Assembly: GCA_020632095.1 (NCBI GenBank)
Contig: JACKGF010000001.1
Span: 669,366-733,365 of the forward strand
DNA: 64,000 nucleotides
Reading direction: 5' to 3'
Source: Candidatus Nomurabacteria bacterium
Lineage (GTDB): Bacteria > Patescibacteriota > Minisyncoccia > Phycocordibacterales > UBA918
Below, piece by piece: positions 58,510 to 64,000 of this stretch (positions are counted from its first letter, which is position 1; each line of letters opens with the position of its first letter). Position numbers and translations under genes: made by a program. The notes beneath the pieces are model-generated. The model was not told where the DNA came from. It ran no database searches and saw nothing but the letters and a program-made list of their open reading frames with translations.

Positions 58510-59661
58510 CTAGATACAATTTGTGTATTGTATTTTTCGCTTATACCCGTTTAGAACAGCATATACGTTATCTTGTTTATCCTGATACAAGAAAGACATT
58601 TGTCCCGCCACGATAGAGGGAGCAATTCCGAAACGCTTAGAAAGATCTTTGACAGCTTCATCAGCATTAATACTACCCTGATTACTCTTATAGGCCTGCA
58701 GATCAGATAATTCAAAACCGCCCATAAATTGCTTATTAGCAAAAGCATTAGCTTCTTTTTCTTCTTTAGAATCTACTTCATCATCAAGGTCTATAAACTC
58801 CTCACTTTTACCATGGAGAATTAGGTGACCTAACTCATGAAAAAGATTAAACCAAAACTTATCTTCGGTTACAGCAGTATCTTTTTCTTGTCCGCGCGAC
58901 TTAACAATAACCATCGCTTTATCTGTATCTAGCCATTTAGCCGCCCCTTGTAATCCTGTATGTTTAAAGCCTGGCACACACACCAAAATAATCCCTAATG
59001 TCCTCAACTTTTCTTCTAATTTTGGAAAATACTCTTCTGGTTCAAGAAGCGAATATGATTTTATTTCTGATAAAGCAGTCTTCAGTGCTTTTTTGTCAAA
59101 AGGTTCCGCCTGAACCGATTGGGCTTTTCTTTCACTAAGGCGAATAATTGCTGCTATTGTATTCTGATTTATGTTTTTTTGTTCATGTCTTCGAAACACT
59201 ACTGGTTGAATATTTGGGATATATTTCAAAGAGTAAACTGAGAAGAAATTAAGCAAATTTTGTGTGATATTACCGAAATTATTTTTTACCCAAGCATAAT
59301 CCTCTACTACTCCATGTTTTTTAAGCTCTTGATATGTTTCCTTGAAAGGCAAGATGTTTTCTAATACTGCTTCTTCTTCAATATGTGCCTGCTCCTCAAT
59401 CATAGCTAGAGAAGCTTGATAATTACGTGAAAGGCTATTCCAAAAACTTGCTTTAGTACCAGTTACTTTTTCCAATTTAATTGCAACCTCAGATGTTATA
59501 GAAGCTTTACCATTAATTATATTACTTAGATGTTTTTTACTTATTCCTGTCCTACTAGCTACATCAGTAATTGATAAACTTAGAAAGTCCAACTCGTCAG
59601 CTAGAGAAACACCTGGATGAATAGGTTTACTGGGAAAATATGTTTGTGATGTTGTACTCAT
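58510..59661 (-). CDS. XRE-type HTH fused to ImmA/IrrE-family (COG2856) zinc metallopeptidase
   Basis: N-terminal HTH (LSITDVASRTGISKKHLSNIINGKASITSEVAIKLEKV); HExxH NLFHELGHLILH. Confidence 0.75.
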   Translation of the reverse strand: MSTTSQTYFPSKPIHPGVSLADELDFLSLSITDVASRTGISKKHLSNIINGKASITSEVAIKLEKVTGTKASFWNSLSRNYQASLAMIEEQAHIEEEAVLENILPFKETYQELKKHGVVEDYAWVKNNFGNITQNLLNFFSVYSLKYIPNIQPVVFRRHEQKNINQNTIAAIIRLSERKAQSVQAEPFDKKALKTALSEIKSYSLLEPEEYFPKLEEKLRTLGIILVCVPGFKHTGLQGAAKWLDTDKAMVIVKSRGQEKDTAVTEDKFWFNLFHELGHLILHGKSEEFIDLDDEVDSKEEKEANAFANKQFMGGFELSDLQAYKSNQGSINADEAVKDLSKRFGIAPSIVAGQMSFLYQDKQDNVYAVLNGYKRKIQYTNCI

Positions 59662-59669
59662 AGTATGTG

Positions 59670-59993
59670 TTATGAATGTGTTTTTATAATCTCTATCACT
59701 TCAATACTGGTAATAGTTGTGTGATCCTCGATATCATAATCATCAAGGGGTCGAAAATGCAGTCGTGTGGAGTGTTTGTGTTTGAGAATATCGACCTGAA
59801 AAATTTCTTCATGCTTAGGTTCTCGAGGATGGGGACGTAGACGCTGTGGAATATCATCAAGGTTATCGGCAGCGTCTAATTCCTGGAGACACTGAATAGT
59901 TTTATCTGCTACCTGAGCACCAAATTTTTTCTTGAGAGCGATAGCGTCGCACAGTAGTTTTTTGAGTTTGGTATTCTGATAATTAAGCTTCAT
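59670..59993 (-). CDS. HigB-like (COG3549 RelE/ParE-superfamily) toxin, operonic with the HTH/ImmA gene
   Basis: 107 aa; pattern ..KLKKLL......K.......V...I..L..L..A.......RLHP........W.V.I....R..F matches HigB; 9-nt gap to the downstream gene. Confidence 0.5.
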   Translation of the reverse strand: MKLNYQNTKLKKLLCDAIALKKKFGAQVADKTIQCLQELDAADNLDDIPQRLRPHPREPKHEEIFQVDILKHKHSTRLHFRPLDDYDIEDHTTITSIEVIEIIKTHS

Positions 59994-60323
59994 ATTAAAA
60001 ATTATATATCGACCTAACTCATATTATACAAATATAACATGGCAGTATTATAAAACAATAACCTACATGGTTATCAATTATAATAATATATTTTTTCATT
60101 TTAAGCTACTTTTGGTTACTTTGTAGCAACCAAACCCACAAGAGTGTCTTACAAAATAAGAAAAAGTAGATGAGACCGATACTTTATTCTTTTTTAGAAT
60201 ACAGTTTCGGTCTCAGGGTGATTTTTATTGATAAATACCAGTAACTAAAACCCCCAACAAAACGTTAAAGTTGGTAGAAAGGTGACACTTTAATGAGAGA
60301 TTTAATATCTAGACTATAGACTT

Positions 60324-61658
60324 ATGCAAGAAATACCCCAAAATTTGAACAAAAACAACCAACTAATGAGCAAGTTATTAATCCTTTCAATACTTGTGAT
60401 TATCTCTTGGGTAGCAACAATGTTTGTGCGCGGAATTATTCAAGACAGAGAAAATAACCAAGAAACCACGACTACAGAAATCTCCGAACAGTGGAGTCGT
60501 CCGCAGATAATCGCTGGACCAGTTATTACTATTCCAATTGAAAAAACTAGTGTAACGAGTACTGGAGAAAAAATAGTGAACACTACCACCCTCACCCTCT
60601 TACCCCAGAAGCTTTCTTATGAAAGTCAGATCGAATCTCAACTACTTACCAGAGGTGTGTACGATACTCCAGTGTATACATCACACATAAATGGTTCGGG
60701 TAATTTCGACCTCAGAGATATAGAGCTCAAATCTTCAGCTGATACAAAAATTCTGTGGGACCAAGCTGTCGTATCCATTAACGTATCTGACACTCGAGGT
60801 ATTTCATCTATGTTTGATCTGACACTCAACAATAGTAAATATCAGATGCTCCCCTCTTCTGAGTTCTCAACTCTAGATAAAAGTGGGGTGCATACTAACA
60901 TAGCGATTGACCCAGACCAGTCTAACTACACCTTCTCATTTGCAATGCCACTTAAGGGTAGTCGAGAGATATCATTTTTACCCCTCGGTGAAGATACGGA
61001 TGTTGCCCTAATGTCTGACTGGAAGGCACCGAGTTTTACCGGTGAGTTTCTACCAACAGAAAGAAACCTCAACGAAAGCGGGTTTGAAGCTACTTGGAAA
61101 ATTACCTCTTATGGAAAAAATCTACCCCAATATTGGGTTGGTAGTTACTCAACCGTAGACAACGACTCCTTACTCTCTAAAGCTTTTGGAGTTGGTCTAT
61201 ACCAAGAAGTTGATTTCTACACGATGGTAGACCGCTCTACCAAATATTCAATCTTATTCATCACCCTTACTTTCTTAACATTCTTCATGTACGAAGTTTT
61301 GTCTGGACTACGTATTCACCCAGTGCAATATTTGCTAGTTGGTATGGCAATTGCGCTCTTCTATCTTCTTCTCCTATCATTCGTTGAAATTATTGGATTC
61401 CTTCCTGCCTACCTTATCTCAACTGTGGCAATCACAACTCTCATCACTGGATATTGTTTCGGTGTTCTAAAGGCAAAGAAACGGGCATTCGCTATCGGTG
61501 GTTTATTAATAGCTCTCTACGCATATCTATATATTCTTCTTCAGCTTGAACAACTATCTCTTCTGTTCGGATCAGTGTTGCTATTCGGAGTCCTAACAAC
61601 AGTCATGTACATCACCAGAAACCTAGATTGGTATTCACTTAACAAAATTAATAAATAA
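60324..61658 (+). CDS. CreD-like inner membrane protein
   Basis: 444 aa; N-terminal TM, large periplasmic domain, C-terminal 5-TM bundle, as in CreD. Confidence 0.55.
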   Translation: MQEIPQNLNKNNQLMSKLLILSILVIISWVATMFVRGIIQDRENNQETTTTEISEQWSRPQIIAGPVITIPIEKTSVTSTGEKIVNTTTLTLLPQKLSYESQIESQLLTRGVYDTPVYTSHINGSGNFDLRDIELKSSADTKILWDQAVVSINVSDTRGISSMFDLTLNNSKYQMLPSSEFSTLDKSGVHTNIAIDPDQSNYTFSFAMPLKGSREISFLPLGEDTDVALMSDWKAPSFTGEFLPTERNLNESGFEATWKITSYGKNLPQYWVGSYSTVDNDSLLSKAFGVGLYQEVDFYTMVDRSTKYSILFITLTFLTFFMYEVLSGLRIHPVQYLLVGMAIALFYLLLLSFVEIIGFLPAYLISTVAITTLITGYCFGVLKAKKRAFAIGGLLIALYAYLYILLQLEQLSLLFGSVLLFGVLTTVMYITRNLDWYSLNKINK

Positions 61659-62023
61659 TGAAAAACTGGTATTTATTTGGCGCCTACACCGCATTTATAG
61701 TTCTGGTATTAACTGGTGCATACAGGGGCGTGATTCCTACTGAAATTGGTGTAATACCAATGTACGATTCTATCGGTCATTTCGTCCTGTATGGAATTTG
61801 GTTTTACTTACTCCATAGAGCACTACAGAAAAGAAAAGTTATCGTCATGAACTTCCCAATTCCTTTAGCATTCTTAATTCTATTCCCAATTATAGCCCTT
61901 GAGGAATTTGCTCAAAAGTTTACTTCTACGCGAACCTTTAGTCTGACCGATCTATCTTGGGGATTTGCAGGAATGTGTCTCTTTTGGTTCCTAACTCGCA
62001 AGAAAAAACCTTTTAGGCTTTAG
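61658..62023 (+). CDS. Hypothetical 4-TM membrane protein
   Basis: Overlapping start/stop (ATGA) with creD-like gene. Confidence 0.35.
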   Translation: MKNWYLFGAYTAFIVLVLTGAYRGVIPTEIGVIPMYDSIGHFVLYGIWFYLLHRALQKRKVIVMNFPIPLAFLILFPIIALEEFAQKFTSTRTFSLTDLSWGFAGMCLFWFLTRKKKPFRL

Positions 62024-62080
62024 TGTCAGTTTTAAACATCTAGCTATACATAAACCCCTACCGAGAGGGGTTGAGAAAAA
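62024..62080 (+). repeat. Approximately 57-nt intergenic repeat (copy 2)
   Basis: gtgtcagttttaaacatctagctatacataaacccctaccgagaggggttgagaaaa. Confidence 0.7.
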
Positions 62081-62109
62081 TATGTAAAATCAGCTGATAT
62101 TTGATCTAT

Positions 62110-62631
62110 CTATTCGGAAATCTGAATATCAAACTCTGGTAAAATTTCCACACCGGATTCTGTTTGAATGACATCAACTGTTTCTAGGGTTGAGGTTGAT
62201 ACCTCTTCTTTAATGACTAAGTTATCTTGATTATTGATATCACTAGACTCTGGTGACTGTTCAGGATCAATAGATTCACCATCAATATTTGCCTCAGTAC
62301 TTGAAGTGGCAACTGTCTCTATATATGTTTCTGAATCAACTAAACTTTTATAAATATTTTGTTTGTCTCTATAATATTCTAAAGCTAAATTAACCTGACC
62401 TTCGCGATATAAATTATCATTGAATACTTCAGTGGTTTTTTCAACAGAAGTATTTTTATATTCAATATAAATGTGAGCACTCCAAGCAGAACTAACTCCA
62501 AAAATGATAAGCCCCATAAATAAACCGGCAAACCAGTCTCTAGTTGGATGCATGATTTGTGGATTCTTAATTCCATGATTGAAATTAAACACCCTCTTCA
62601 CCAAAGTTGAAAATTCTTTTTTATTCATCAT
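62110..62631 (-). CDS. Hypothetical membrane-anchored protein (possible PilP-like member of the pilus operon)
   Basis: N-terminal TM; position downstream of pilO-like gene. Confidence 0.3.
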   Translation of the reverse strand: MMNKKEFSTLVKRVFNFNHGIKNPQIMHPTRDWFAGLFMGLIIFGVSSAWSAHIYIEYKNTSVEKTTEVFNDNLYREGQVNLALEYYRDKQNIYKSLVDSETYIETVATSSTEANIDGESIDPEQSPESSDINNQDNLVIKEEVSTSTLETVDVIQTESGVEILPEFDIQISE

Positions 62632-63148
62632 AAGTCAAAACTTTTACTTGCAACTTTATATTTGCTTGCCACTCAGTTTTAGTAACACCATTCATACTGA
62701 GTGAAACTAGCCTCGACACATAAGGCAATTGTTCTAAAACTTGTACAAACTGCTGAAGTCTTTCTCTTGAACCTTTAACTGTATAGTCAACCTCAATCCA
62801 CTCAGAATCATCAGTCGAATCAGTCACAGTCTGAACTCCATTAGTGTTGATTGACACGCCAAGTTTAGACCCTGTATCCTCAATCTCATTTAAGAAATCA
62901 ATACTATCACTTTCAGACAGAACGAAAAAATTATTTAGCTCTTCCCTATCTTTTTTTGAACTTTCATATATTTTTATCAACTTAAAGTATGAAGCTTCTT
63001 GAGCCTGATGCTCTTGAAGGATATCAATCTCCTCCCCCAGCCTATCCCCCTCCACACTGACCTGATGCAACATTAAAAAATAAGCAATACCAGTCACACT
63101 AAATAATACTGAGGAGATTATTATATTTCTAATAGTGGAGCGGCTCAT
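62621..63148 (-). CDS. PilO-like type IV pilus assembly protein
   Basis: N-terminal TM + coiled coil; follows the pilN-like gene with overlap. Confidence 0.45.
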   Translation of the reverse strand: MSRSTIRNIIISSVLFSVTGIAYFLMLHQVSVEGDRLGEEIDILQEHQAQEASYFKLIKIYESSKKDREELNNFFVLSESDSIDFLNEIEDTGSKLGVSINTNGVQTVTDSTDDSEWIEVDYTVKGSRERLQQFVQVLEQLPYVSRLVSLSMNGVTKTEWQANIKLQVKVLTYDE

Positions 63149-63690
63149 ACGTCAATTTTTTTAACAATATTAACTGTAATAGAAAACTTTATTTCTTTAT
63201 CTTGGGCTAAATTTGATATCGGTAAATCAACTGTATCTATCTTATCACTCTCTAGCAGACGGTCCCGATACCCAGCCAGAGTTCTTCTGTCTGAGGCGGT
63301 ACCGATTATATTAACTGGAGCAAACTCACCCTCTTTAACACTTAATTCAATCTTAGATAATTCAATACCTTCTGACTGCAAACTTTCAAACAAAGAAATG
63401 TACTCGGAAAAAGTGTTTTTGTTACTCTCATTTATTATCAACTTTGCTTGCTGACTAGATCGAATCAGCTCCTTGGATATTACTTTATAGTCACTCACCT
63501 GCTTGGAGACATCGTTGGCAGACTGTTCATATATACCTACTTGAGAGTTAATTAAAGTGTATGTAGGCCACAGTATTCCCACACTCGCCACCAATACTAA
63601 CGACCATATTAACAACCAGACACTTAAAACTCGAACCCAATATTCAATCTTGATACTTTTCTTAGCACTTGGTGGAATTAAATTAATCAT
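63145..63690 (-). CDS. pilN: PilN-like type IV pilus assembly protein
   Basis: Starts MINLIPP (PilN INLLP signature), TM helix, coiled coil. Confidence 0.6.
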   Translation of the reverse strand: MINLIPPSAKKSIKIEYWVRVLSVWLLIWSLVLVASVGILWPTYTLINSQVGIYEQSANDVSKQVSDYKVISKELIRSSQQAKLIINESNKNTFSEYISLFESLQSEGIELSKIELSVKEGEFAPVNIIGTASDRRTLAGYRDRLLESDKIDTVDLPISNLAQDKEIKFSITVNIVKKIDV

Positions 63691-63692
63691 AT

Positions 63693-64000
63693 CTATACTG
63701 AATTCTTTAAAGCCAGACCAATAGCAGTGGCGTACCCGAAAGAATGCCGTTTATCTATTGGCGGTACTATATTGTCTAAAGAGAAAGTATTTTCCCAAAC
63801 ATTTCCCCGTACACAAGGAACTCCCAGTAACTCGGTTAGATAAGAAGGTAAACCTTTAAGATTTGCACTACCGCCACACAACATAATAGAATTTATTCTT
63901 CTAGCCTCACTATTACCATTTCTTAAATGCCAATACTGCATACGTGTCACAAGCTCATCTTTTACAACAGAAATTGTGCTTATTAGTGCGTTACGCACCA
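63693..64000 (-). CDS. pilM: PilM-like type IV pilus assembly ATPase-fold protein, C-terminal part (truncated by window end)
   Basis: ..IMLCGGSANLKGLPSYLTELLGVPCV..GYATAIGLAL matches the PilM C-terminus. Confidence 0.6.
   Translation of the reverse strand, partial: VRNALISTISVVKDELVTRMQYWHLRNGNSEARRINSIMLCGGSANLKGLPSYLTELLGVPCVRGNVWENTFSLDNIVPPIDKRHSFGYATAIGLALKNSV

Noticed and set aside
1-64000. CRISPR array
   Set aside because: No series of regularly spaced identical short repeats with unique spacers. All repeat families found are larger intergenic elements at gene boundaries.

Overview
AT-rich (~35-40% GC) bacterial chromosomal segment with several GC-rich islands. Gene content (many small hypothetical and membrane genes, TrmB-type regulators, four NUDIX genes, a type IV pilus pilMNO(P) cluster, and CPR-like weak ribosome-binding sites) suggests a small-genome, possibly Patescibacteria/CPR-like organism; that assignment is inference only. 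Supported features: four tRNAs (His-GUG, Leu-GAG, Val-UAC, Arg-UCU); housekeeping genes (ATP-cone-fused RNR small subunit, PIN-PhoH, MscL, L19, RluA-family pseudouridine synthase, acylphosphatase, two guanylate-kinase homologs, NadR-PnuC NR salvage pair, GH3 hydrolase, WbpB/WbpE-like oxidoreductase+aminotransferase pair, M50 protease, S66 LD-carboxypeptidase); a large SNF2/SWIM helicase; a two-component pair; several toxin-antitoxin modules (ParD-RelE intact; DinJ-YafQ frameshifted; HigB + XRE-HTH/ImmA peptidase; Fic); mobile elements (IS30; two TnpB-less IS200-type TnpA genes, one intact and one frameshifted). The most unusual content is non-coding. (1) An array of single-gene units at 35.9-40.1 kb whose gene orientation mostly alternates (+ - + - + - - + -), each unit separated by a ~25-nt conserved motif (TTCTAACGTCGTCCCACA..GGTGCA) that always sits in the same orientation; this looks like an integron-cassette or REP/RAYT-like recombination array. 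(2) Homologous mini-elements inserted at the 3' ends of tRNA-Leu and tRNA-Val, each followed by a duplicated tRNA 3' fragment. (3) A three-copy structured-RNA-like motif with GNRA tetraloops and compensatory base changes. (4) Two otherwise intact ORFs interrupted by a single in-frame TAG. A CoaB-like/class-II-aldolase fusion gene lies in a GC-rich island flanked by the two IS200-type TnpA genes.
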